From positions 1 to 45,005 of the IMG/VR virus record IMGVR_UViG_3300011335_000151: a DNA stretch of 45,005 bases. One strand, 5' to 3'. Below are positions 37,485 through 45,005 of the stretch, piece after piece (the first letter of the stretch is position 1; each line of letters starts with the position of its first letter). The stretch comes from a virus (Duplodnaviria; Caudoviricetes). The position numbers and the translations under genes are program-made. Under the pieces are notes generated by a model. It made no database searches, was not told the origin of the DNA, and saw only the letters and a list, made by a program, of their open reading frames with translations.

Positions 37485-37526
37485 GGGGAGTGATGCGTTT
37501 CATCAACGGGAAGGAGCAAACTTCCG
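37447..37526 (-). ncRNA. Candidate anti-RBS small RNA
   Basis: Three hairpins; segments complementary to the RBS regions at 42164-42175, 43822-43832 and 40566-40574; candidate promoter directly upstream. Confidence 0.5.
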
Positions 37527-37531
37527 AGGCC

Positions 37532-37560
37532 CTCATACCTACTTTCGCCAGATGCGTAAA
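37532..37560 (-). promoter_or_regulatory. Candidate sigma70 promoter for the sRNA
   Basis: TTTACG-N17-TATGAG on the - strand; predicted start ~37526 is at the base of the first hairpin. Confidence 0.35.
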
Positions 37561-37733
37561 CCCCTAATCCCATTTTCGATAGAGGGCTTGACCAATACCT
37601 TGATGCGTAAGCGTTTGAGGACCACCATTAGTTGTGTTTTGGCGCGCACTTGGTCGAGGCAGGGGAAGAACATGGAAGCCCCCTTCCGAAATGCGCGCCA
37701 GTTAATTTCGTAGGTTACACCCTCAATCTGCAT
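37539..37733 (-). CDS. Small basic hypothetical protein
   Basis: GGAG RBS; overlaps primase end; GASMFFPC and GLRIWR motifs. Confidence 0.75.
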   Translation of the reverse strand: MQIEGVTYEINWRAFRKGASMFFPCLDQVRAKTQLMVVLKRLRIKVLVKPSIENGIRGLRIWRK

Positions 37734-40563
37734 CGCCTGATGTGTCTTCCTTGGCGTACTCGTCTACCTTGATGAAATCATCGTCGAGCTTGAACCATAG
37801 GCAGTGCACGTTACCACCCGAGACCGCCATCCCCTTGGACAACCGCTTACCTGCGCGGGACACCAGACGCCCTTGCTTCTCCAGCTTGTTGAGCGTGTCG
37901 TTGTAGTTAATCTGGTACTTGACGCAGTATTCCTTGAACGGCTTGGCGATGAAGAACATCATCTTGGTGTCCGGCTCGATGCGGATTAGCAACTCACCCT
38001 TTGGTTCGCGCTTCGGCAGGGCTTGCATATTGGTGCGCAGGTCCGCCATGTCATCGACGACGAGGATGTTCTGCACGTGGCGATAGAGGTAGTCGTTGAT
38101 GACTTGCTCCACGCCGTTCAATGGCGCTGCTGTGTCCACGCGAAGCCGGTCAATCAAACCACAGGCCCACATATAGATGCGGTCCATATCCCAGTCGATT
38201 AACCCACACTGCTTGGCGACCATGCCGCCTACGATATTAGCTGCAAGCGTAGCTGACCAGAAACGCTCCTTGGGTAGAAGCTGAAGTTCGCGGTCAATCT
38301 TCTCCTGCATTTGGAGGCACTTGTTAACCACATATTCCATGTTCGCCAGCACGTAGCGGATATAGATAGGTCCGGCGTGACCGTAGTTGGCGAAGAGCAC
38401 CTTATCGAACAGGTTCTTACCATGCGCAGTGCTGACGGTATCTACCAGCCCAATGGGGTACTCGATGAGGCGCATAAGTTCGCCTTCTGGATTGTCCTTC
38501 AAAATCGACAGCTTCTCGACGAACGATGAGTTTGACGTCGAAACCGTGATGTTCTGCCACGTGGTGTTGTTCTCGCGCAGTTCGTTGGACCCTGCCAGCA
38601 TGCGCTCCTTCCCCTTGCCGTTGGACAGCGAGTATAGGAAGTCCGAGTATTCCTTCGGCGTGGCGTTGGTAAGCTCGTCCATGGTGGCGGGGATGTTGTT
38701 CAAGACCCCAACCCATTGAAGCTTGCCGTTCATGGTGTCGATTTCCTTGAGGCGCAGTTCCTTGGGGTGCCCATAGACGCTGTTCACCATGTTAAGGATG
38801 GTGGTCTTACCCGTACCGGAGAGCGAGTTGAACAGGTTGATGACCGCCCCCGTCTGGTCGAGGAACTTGAGCAGCGGAGAGCCGAACGCGCTGAGCGCAG
38901 CGAAAGCCTGTGCTTCCATGCCTTCTACGCCGTAAAGGCTCCAAACTTCTTTCCAGTTTTCCAATGACCCGACTGGGCCGACGAACTTGGCCAGCTTGCT
39001 TGTGGCCTTGGAGGGAGGAGAATAGATGTTGCCGTCAATGGTGATCTCTTGGTCGCCCAAAACGAAACGGCTGTTGCCGTCTACCCAGCCAAATTGTTGT
39101 CTCATAATCTCTGCCTTATTTCTGTGTTGGAGTTCTTCGACCGACTTCATGACATAATCCATGAGCACATCGAACTTCTTGCCATAACTAACCACACCCC
39201 GTGCGGAGAGCGCTTTGCGAAGCTCGTCCTTCTGGGTGACCTTGTACATCGGGATGGAAAATTCACGTAGCGGGTCGCGTGGTAGGTGTAAGCGAAACAG
39301 CGCGGAGTCGCCCTCACCCGGGTCGTGCATCCGCTTCACCACATATAGGTCGTTGGAATAAACCATGATGGGGTCAGTTTCTTCTGCGTCCTTGGGTGGC
39401 TTGCGCCAGATACCCCCACCTTCGCCCCGATAGAACGGGAAAGGATATTTGGGGATTTCGATTTCTTCGACCACACCGGGCGCTGTCTCGACCGTGACCG
39501 AATCCTCAACGGACTCTTTGACGATTTTACCCAGTTCCTTGGGGCCAAGGATTTTATCGAGGTGCGGACACCCCACGCACAGGTCAGGGTTGACGCTCTT
39601 GAACTTGGCGCAGCTTGTCGCCTTCCGGATGGTGGCTACCTTCTTGTCGATGGTCTCTGGGTCGTAGTCCGGATGGCCCTTCGACATCATGTGCACTGCT
39701 GTATCAGCATCTCCGCACATAGCAGCCACGGACAGCGCGTAGAACCACTCGTAGTAGCCAACGGTGGCTTGGTTCTTATAGGCATGCAGAAGCTGGTTGC
39801 ATCCGTCACCTTTAGCAGTGCGGACCATTATGCGTTTGAAGTTATAATCCACGCCGTTCATCAACGCCTGTTGGCGCGGCGACATCTCAAAGTTGTCGTC
39901 GAAGATTGTAGCTTGCTTCTTAACCCCAAAGGCAGTCCGCATGGCCTCGATGGTGGTCGTCTCACCCACATGGATAAACTCGACTGGGCGCGGCTCTTCC
40001 TGCTTGAAGTTAAACGTGCCCGGGATGCGCAAGATGCGCGCCACTTCGAACACCTTGTCATCGACGTAGAAGTTCTGGGCGCGGCAAACCGCCTTGAAGC
40101 GTTCGGCCACTGGCTCCCAGTCACGACGGGATACTTCTTCCTCAAGCGGCCAATAGGCATGTATGCCTCCGCCTGAGCTTACGAGGGTGGGAGTAGAAAG
40201 ACCAACCGTCTTGCAGAAGCCACGCAGCGCCTTGAGCGCCGCCTTCTGGTCAATATATCCATCAGGGCGTTTAGTGTTAGGGTCAATCTCGGCCTTGGTC
40301 GGGCCGCAATCTATATCGAGCCAAAAGGCTTTCAATCCCTTCACGTTTTCCTTCGTGCGGTTGTCGCCAGTTGCGTACTTGGCGACCCCGAAGAACACGT
40401 TCCACCCAGCGTTGACGTAGCGCTCAACCAGAGCGTCTACTTCTTCCCGCGTAGCCACAAGTTCCTGACGGACGTCAGCGTTCTTCCCACTCCCTTTAAT
40501 ACTCGTAATTGCGAACCAACCATCGGCTGGCTGCACGAGGTCTAGGAGATCGGGTTGTTGCAT
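37723..40563 (-). CDS. Primase-helicase (RepB/AEP-like primase + DUF927 + P-loop)
   Basis: WLDID, SSGGGIHAYW, RILRIPGT primase motifs; C-x9-C-x2-C; FGW; SGTGKTT Walker A; MDE Walker B. Start could be 40563 or 40578. Confidence 0.85.
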   Translation of the reverse strand: MQQPDLLDLVQPADGWFAITSIKGSGKNADVRQELVATREEVDALVERYVNAGWNVFFGVAKYATGDNRTKENVKGLKAFWLDIDCGPTKAEIDPNTKRPDGYIDQKAALKALRGFCKTVGLSTPTLVSSGGGIHAYWPLEEEVSRRDWEPVAERFKAVCRAQNFYVDDKVFEVARILRIPGTFNFKQEEPRPVEFIHVGETTTIEAMRTAFGVKKQATIFDDNFEMSPRQQALMNGVDYNFKRIMVRTAKGDGCNQLLHAYKNQATVGYYEWFYALSVAAMCGDADTAVHMMSKGHPDYDPETIDKKVATIRKATSCAKFKSVNPDLCVGCPHLDKILGPKELGKIVKESVEDSVTVETAPGVVEEIEIPKYPFPFYRGEGGGIWRKPPKDAEETDPIMVYSNDLYVVKRMHDPGEGDSALFRLHLPRDPLREFSIPMYKVTQKDELRKALSARGVVSYGKKFDVLMDYVMKSVEELQHRNKAEIMRQQFGWVDGNSRFVLGDQEITIDGNIYSPPSKATSKLAKFVGPVGSLENWKEVWSLYGVEGMEAQAFAALSAFGSPLLKFLDQTGAVINLFNSLSGTGKTTILNMVNSVYGHPKELRLKEIDTMNGKLQWVGVLNNIPATMDELTNATPKEYSDFLYSLSNGKGKERMLAGSNELRENNTTWQNITVSTSNSSFVEKLSILKDNPEGELMRLIEYPIGLVDTVSTAHGKNLFDKVLFANYGHAGPIYIRYVLANMEYVVNKCLQMQEKIDRELQLLPKERFWSATLAANIVGGMVAKQCGLIDWDMDRIYMWACGLIDRLRVDTAAPLNGVEQVINDYLYRHVQNILVVDDMADLRTNMQALPKREPKGELLIRIEPDTKMMFFIAKPFKEYCVKYQINYNDTLNKLEKQGRLVSRAGKRLSKGMAVSGGNVHCLWFKLDDDFIKVDEYAKEDTSGDAD

Positions 40564-40619
40564 TACATCACTCACCATTGCGGGGAAACCCCGCTCATTA
40601 TTTTGCTCTTTAAGAAACC

Positions 40620-40853
40620 TCAAGCGAGGCTGGCTATATACGCCTCAATAGCTTCACAGGCAGGTCCTCTTGGCTCACTTTTTCCAAGAAACCAGTGGTA
40701 TATAGTTTGCCGTGTAACCCCAAACGTCTCTGCTACTGCGGAGACTGGGATGTCTTGGGCGAGACAAACTCGCCCAAGCTTTACTCCCATGAGGTTACCA
40801 TCGGCTTCCTTGATGCCTTTAGCTACGCGGATGGTGTAACCCTGCATAATCAA
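40620..40853 (-). CDS. Cro/XRE-like HTH protein
   Basis: VSAVAETFGVTRQTIYHWFLG helix-turn-helix. Confidence 0.85.
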   Translation of the reverse strand: MIMQGYTIRVAKGIKEADGNLMGVKLGRVCLAQDIPVSAVAETFGVTRQTIYHWFLGKSEPRGPACEAIEAYIASLA

Positions 40854-41752
40854 GCCTCTTCTTCGTCATCAAGCCATTCGTTGAGGACTTCCGCCAGTTC
40901 TGGCTTGACCTCGGCAGTCGCCTTGGGCTTCGCGGTCCGCTTGACTGGTGCCGCTTCTTCCTCTTCGTCGTCATCGCCGAACGGATTGGCAGTCACAACA
41001 GGTGCGGCAATAGCAGCAGGAGCAGGAGCCTTGGCCCCGTCCATCGCAGCAGCCGTAAGCTGGATGTAACGCTGGGTCTCTGAATCGTCCTGTGCGGCAT
41101 CAACCAGACCAGCTTCCAACTCGGTGAGGTGGCGGATGGCTTTGAACTTCAGCTTCGAGGTGTCGGACTCAAGGTCGTACATTACCCGAGTAACGACGGT
41201 GTCGAGGTTTTCACCATTGGCCGACAGGAACTTCCGGTAGGCTTCGAACGGATGGTTGTTACCAACGCTCTTACCGAACAGCGAAGTCGCTGCGTAATTC
41301 ATCTGGTAGACTTCACCCGATGGGTCACCAGCAACGAGGACCGCTACGCGGCGCTTGAAGCGGCAAGCCTTACCCTTACCGTTCTGGCCCGAACCATCGA
41401 CGTTCTTGGGGCATGCAGCGCAAGAGTCAGACTGCGGAGCGGAAGCCTTGGCGTCCGGCTTATCACCCAGTCCCGACCAGCAATCAGGCAGCGTGGCTTT
41501 TGCGTCTGGGTCATACGCCTTAACGTAGAACTCACGCGACACGTCCTTCATCCAGTCAACGATGATGACGTCCAGTTGGTGCGGCACAGCCTTACCAATC
41601 TGTTCCCCGCCAACGACACGCTTAAACGTAGCGGCGTTCGTGGTAGCGATGCGACGGAGGCCAGTGCCACCACCCATCTTATCTGCGCGGCGCGTCTCAC
41701 GGCGTACCGTGGGCAGGTCGGAGGCTTCTTCAAAAATAGTAATGTTGCTCAT
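40850..41752 (-). CDS. Putative single-stranded DNA-binding protein
   Basis: CWS...CAACP...GKAC Cys cluster; acidic C-terminus WLDDEEEA; in replication operon. Confidence 0.6.
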   Translation of the reverse strand: MSNITIFEEASDLPTVRRETRRADKMGGGTGLRRIATTNAATFKRVVGGEQIGKAVPHQLDVIIVDWMKDVSREFYVKAYDPDAKATLPDCWSGLGDKPDAKASAPQSDSCAACPKNVDGSGQNGKGKACRFKRRVAVLVAGDPSGEVYQMNYAATSLFGKSVGNNHPFEAYRKFLSANGENLDTVVTRVMYDLESDTSKLKFKAIRHLTELEAGLVDAAQDDSETQRYIQLTAAAMDGAKAPAPAAIAAPVVTANPFGDDDEEEEAAPVKRTAKPKATAEVKPELAEVLNEWLDDEEEA

Positions 41753-41757
41753 GGTTT

Positions 41758-42162
41758 TCACTTCTCGCTTGGTTTGCGGACTTGGATTACGTACTTGTTA
41801 TCGACTTGGAGGCCGATGGGAAGAGCGTCCGGATTCTCTTCCAAGAATTGCTTCATGTTACCATTGTGGATGCGCTTTTCCAGAATGAACGGCACATCGT
41901 TTTCTCCGATGAACTTGTACATCTGGTCCCAATCTGTGGTCCAGTAGCGGGTTTGGACACGCCGCGATACCGTCCCTGCTGGGGTCTTCACGCTATCAAG
42001 GTTCTGCTCGTTACAAAAGGTCAGGAGTTCGCTAGACACAAGGTCCAGCTTCTCCTTGAGTGAGGATACCTTAGCCTCATGGGCTTCTTCCGCCTCGGCA
42101 ATGGCTGCGCGCAACTTGCGATACGCAGCCACGAGGTCGTTAATCGGTACTGGTTCTGACAT
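41758..42162 (-). CDS. Conserved replication-module hypothetical protein
   Basis: GAAGGAG RBS; coiled coil then SVKTPAGTV, DWDQMYKFI, LEKRI. Confidence 0.78.
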   Translation of the reverse strand: MSEPVPINDLVAAYRKLRAAIAEAEEAHEAKVSSLKEKLDLVSSELLTFCNEQNLDSVKTPAGTVSRRVQTRYWTTDWDQMYKFIGENDVPFILEKRIHNGNMKQFLEENPDALPIGLQVDNKYVIQVRKPSEK

Positions 42163-42180
42163 GGTTTGCTCCTTCATTTG

Positions 42181-42255
42181 TGTGCCGGTCCCCACTTAAC
42201 CTGTCTATTCGGGTCCGCCTTTTTTGTTCAGCGCCATCGCAAGGGGACCGACACA
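42181..42255 (-). other. Structured 5' leader (13-bp closing stem)
   Basis: - strand TGTGTCGGTCCCC pairs with GGGGACCGGCACA (one G-U) around 49 nt. Confidence 0.55.
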
Positions 42256-42260
42256 ACCTC

Positions 42261-42289
42261 CTTATACTCCTTGTATTATACAGTGTCAA
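42261..42289 (-). promoter_or_regulatory. Sigma70 promoter with palindrome in spacer
   Basis: TTGACA-N17-TATAAG; spacer contains TGTAT-N-ATACA (42272-42282). Confidence 0.75.
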
Positions 42290-43820
42290 GTTCTCTCCGG
42301 TATAGGTCAATGATTTTCTCGTGATTGTCGATGTTCCCACGGAGCATCGAGTACAGACGCGCTTCAACTTCGCTGCCCGTGATATGCACGATGGTCATGG
42401 CGTTCTTCTGGCCGGGGCGGTTGATACGGGCATTTGCCTGTAGGTAGGTCTCAACACTTGTCACCGGGGCATACCAGATGATTGTGTCTGCTGCCGTAAG
42501 CGTAAGCCCGTGCGATGCAGCCTGTGGCTGGATGATGAGGACATGCGGGTTCTTCTCGTTCTGGAACCGCGTGACGATCTCGCTGCGCCTGTTGACTGGC
42601 ACCTTACCGTTGATGACATCACACGAGATGCCTTCTTTCTCCAACTTGGCGCGTAGAAGCTCGATGGTGTGCGTGAACGGCACAAAGACCAGCACCTTAC
42701 TGGTGGCTTCCTCAATGACTTCCAACACCGTGTTGATGCGGTTGCTGACGTCGAACTCAAGCACCTCACCAGTGTCCGTGTAGACCGCGCCTCCGCTGAT
42801 TTGCAGAAGCTTGTTAATCCGGCTGGCGGCGTTGACCGCGCTGACCTCTTCGCCCCCAGCTTCAATCAGCATCTGGCTCTTAAGCTGCTTATAGTATTTC
42901 ATCTGCTGCGCGGAGAGCGGCGCTTCACGCTCGGTATGGGTCACCTCGGGTAGGTCGAGGCAGTCCTTCTTCTCGAACCGGATGGCTGGCTGGAGTATGT
43001 TGTGCACGATGCTCTCTGCCTGTGGCTTGGGCACCCATTTGAACTGGGTCACCTTCATCATCACTTGGTCACGGTACTGACCGTAGAACTTGGGGCAGTT
43101 GGGTCCACCAGCCAGCTTGGCTAGGCCGTAAGCGTCAAGAGGGGATTGCGCTGCTGGCGTACCAGTAAGCATCCAGATGTGGGGTTCTGTCGCGTTCACG
43201 ATTTGCTTGAGGATTTTCCAACGGTTGGTCTGCGCGTTCTTGTAGGCGTTAGCCTCGTCGATGACGATAAGGTCGAAGCCACCATTGATAATCTGGTCCT
43301 TGGCGATGGCCACACCGTCGAAGTTGATGATGACGAACTCGGCACCCGCTGCGATAATCTTCTCCCGCTGCTTGGCGGCACCATGTGCCACGCTGCATGA
43401 ACGGTGCATAGCAAAGGTAAACAAGTCCTGCTGCCACGCTGACTTCATGATTGACAGGGGGCACAACACCAACACGCGCTTCACATCGCCACGGTTCATG
43501 AGATAGTCGGCTGCCCAGATGACGGACGCCGTCTTGCCTGTGCCCTGCTCGTTGAAGCAAAATGCCCTGCGCCGGATGGAGAGGAACGATGCCGTGGTCT
43601 TCTGGTGCTCGAACGGCGTGTACTTACCTGTCCACTGGTAGCTCTTAAGGATGGGCGATGGGGTGTCTTCGAAGCCCAGCTTGGCTAGGATTTCGCTCTC
43701 GTTGTGTCCCCATTTGACAAGGACACCCTCGGCTACCTCTGCGCTCTTATGGATATTGTCCGTGATGACGGACGCATCCGCTGCGCTGACTAGCAGCGCC
43801 TTATTCTCAATGATTTGCAC
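42276..43820 (-). CDS. SNF2-family (SF2) helicase
   Basis: EQGTGKT, VIDEA, LTGTP, HGLTLT, QANARINRPGQ motifs; AGGAG RBS before GTG. Confidence 0.92.
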   Translation of the reverse strand: MQIIENKALLVSAADASVITDNIHKSAEVAEGVLVKWGHNESEILAKLGFEDTPSPILKSYQWTGKYTPFEHQKTTASFLSIRRRAFCFNEQGTGKTASVIWAADYLMNRGDVKRVLVLCPLSIMKSAWQQDLFTFAMHRSCSVAHGAAKQREKIIAAGAEFVIINFDGVAIAKDQIINGGFDLIVIDEANAYKNAQTNRWKILKQIVNATEPHIWMLTGTPAAQSPLDAYGLAKLAGGPNCPKFYGQYRDQVMMKVTQFKWVPKPQAESIVHNILQPAIRFEKKDCLDLPEVTHTEREAPLSAQQMKYYKQLKSQMLIEAGGEEVSAVNAASRINKLLQISGGAVYTDTGEVLEFDVSNRINTVLEVIEEATSKVLVFVPFTHTIELLRAKLEKEGISCDVINGKVPVNRRSEIVTRFQNEKNPHVLIIQPQAASHGLTLTAADTIIWYAPVTSVETYLQANARINRPGQKNAMTIVHITGSEVEARLYSMLRGNIDNHEKIIDLYRRELDTV

Positions 43821-43838
43821 CAGTTTGCTCCTAGGTGT

Positions 43839-44117
43839 TTACTTCTTACGTTCCCGCTTGCTCGTCTCACTCACGAGGTTACCCTTGGCGTCCCGCTTGA
43901 ATGAGCGGTTGGCAGATTTGCTAACGAGCCGAACACCGTCCTTGATTGAGCCACCCTTGTCAATGGCTTTCACGTGGCCGACGTCTTTCCCGTCACCCTT
44001 CTTGGCTTTACCAGCCTTCACCATCTTGGCACGGGCTGCATTGCGCTCCGCACGGTTCTTAATCTGCTCTGGCTTGCCTTGGTACTTCGCGTACTCCGCC
44101 TTGTAATCTCTCGCCAT
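43839..44117 (-). CDS. Small basic HNH-like protein (probably degenerate)
   Basis: RDYKAEY, DGKDVGH...GGS...ANRS; GGAGG RBS; TAATG overlap. Confidence 0.6.
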   Translation of the reverse strand: MARDYKAEYAKYQGKPEQIKNRAERNAARAKMVKAGKAKKGDGKDVGHVKAIDKGGSIKDGVRLVSKSANRSFKRDAKGNLVSETSKRERKK

Positions 44118-44788
44118 TACTTCCTCCGTGGTTTCCAGTGTTCGCAAGCGGTGACGGGGCACCACCCACACAACGGACTTGTCTTGGCGTTCCATATACC
44201 ATTATCCATGGCAGCTTCCAACTGGTCTAGTTGGTCATCGAACACGGAGAAGTATTGGTTCAGCTTCTCCCGCACGTGCACCTTCTTGGGGAACTCGTTA
44301 CTGACCACAAAGGCCAGCGCCGACTTAATCTTCTGCACCTCTGGGAAGTGTACGAAAATGGCACCAGCCATAAGGTCAAGCTGCTTCATGTCCGCATACT
44401 TGGCGCTCTTGCCTGTCTTATAGTCAATCATGAAACCCGTGTGGCCATTCACGATTAGCAAATCGACGATACCGCGCCACCATACGTCCTTGTCGAAGAA
44501 GCCACATGGCTCGTAGCCAGCGTCCGTCTTCCTGACACCGAGCTTCAACTCGGTGTGCTTCGTGCCCTGCTTCGCAGCCAGTGGCTCCACGATGGGCCGC
44601 ATATAGGCAAACTTCTCGGGGATGGGTGTGCCATCCTTGATGAACAACTCGGCAGCTTCATGGACTGCGGTCCCATAGTCAGCGGCTTCTCCCGGCGTAT
44701 CCTTGACGTCCTTCACAACCTTGAGGTGGAAGTACTTCTTCGGACACTGGTCGAAGGTCTTGATGCTGCTGTAGGACCAAGCGGTCAT
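44117..44788 (-). CDS. PD-(D/E)XK Cas4/RecB-like exonuclease
   Basis: WSYSS...QCP, GTAVH, GIVDL, IDYKTGK, C-terminal CGWCPVTAC (1+3 Cys). Confidence 0.9.
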   Translation of the reverse strand: MTAWSYSSIKTFDQCPKKYFHLKVVKDVKDTPGEAADYGTAVHEAAELFIKDGTPIPEKFAYMRPIVEPLAAKQGTKHTELKLGVRKTDAGYEPCGFFDKDVWWRGIVDLLIVNGHTGFMIDYKTGKSAKYADMKQLDLMAGAIFVHFPEVQKIKSALAFVVSNEFPKKVHVREKLNQYFSVFDDQLDQLEAAMDNGIWNAKTSPLCGWCPVTACEHWKPRRK

Positions 44789-44997
44789 ATTTCTTCCTTT
44801 ATTTGCCGCGCTGCGCAGCGGACTTGGGTTATGGTGTTGAGCAGGGCGCGGTTGTGGGCATCTTGCTTCTTACCAAGAGGATACACCGCTACTAACCTGC
44901 CGCAAAGCTTCACCTTATAGTGTTTTGAGCCATCTTCAACCTTCCATGGGAGGCCCGTATTATCTAGGGCCTCCCGCAGCCGCTCCGGCAGTTTCAC
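44785..44997 (-). CDS. Small protein, possibly HicA-like fold
   Basis: 70 aa, helix-3 strands-helix pattern with GSKHYK; ATGA overlap. Confidence 0.5.
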   Translation of the reverse strand: MKLPERLREALDNTGLPWKVEDGSKHYKVKLCGRLVAVYPLGKKQDAHNRALLNTITQVRCAARQIKEEI

Positions 44998-45005
44998 CGG
45001 ACTTT

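Noticed and set aside
42194-42242. Hammerhead ribozyme in the leader (CTGAACA)
   Set aside because: Does not match the CUGANGA core, and the GAAA and stem arrangement are missing.
1-45005. tRNA genes, introns/inteins, integrase, alternative genetic code
   Set aside because: No cloverleaf seen in the short gaps; core genes are uninterrupted and of normal size; standard-code ORFs tile the window with overlapping stops and starts.

Overview
Most of the genome of a tailed dsDNA phage with podovirus-like organisation. There is no tape measure, sheath or integrase in the window. The + strand (1-37451) is a tightly coupled late operon: probable TerS end, TerL, portal, GroES, scaffold, major capsid protein, a glycosyltransferase, a cluster of small Lys-rich proteins, head-tail adaptors, two S74-chaperone tail fibres, a three-gene exported/membrane module, holin-like protein with GH19 endolysin, nozzle and ejection proteins, ending in a 1924-aa protein. 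The - strand (37539-44997) is a converging replication operon: DUF927-type primase-helicase, HTH, SSB-like protein, SNF2 helicase, HNH-like protein and Cas4-like nuclease. The most interesting signals lie outside the gene list. (1) A candidate ~80-nt sRNA at the convergence point has its own promoter and terminator and is antisense to the ribosome-binding sites of three replication genes. (2) A double-pseudoknot RNA follows the capsid gene, and its 5' part is complementary to the leader of the ejection genes 19 kb away. (3) A 64-aa gene appears to be overprinted inside the giant protein. (4) A [M/Y/F]-[A/K]-x-G-G peptide motif is shared by many putative head-internal proteins. All family assignments come from motif recognition and gene order; no searches were run.
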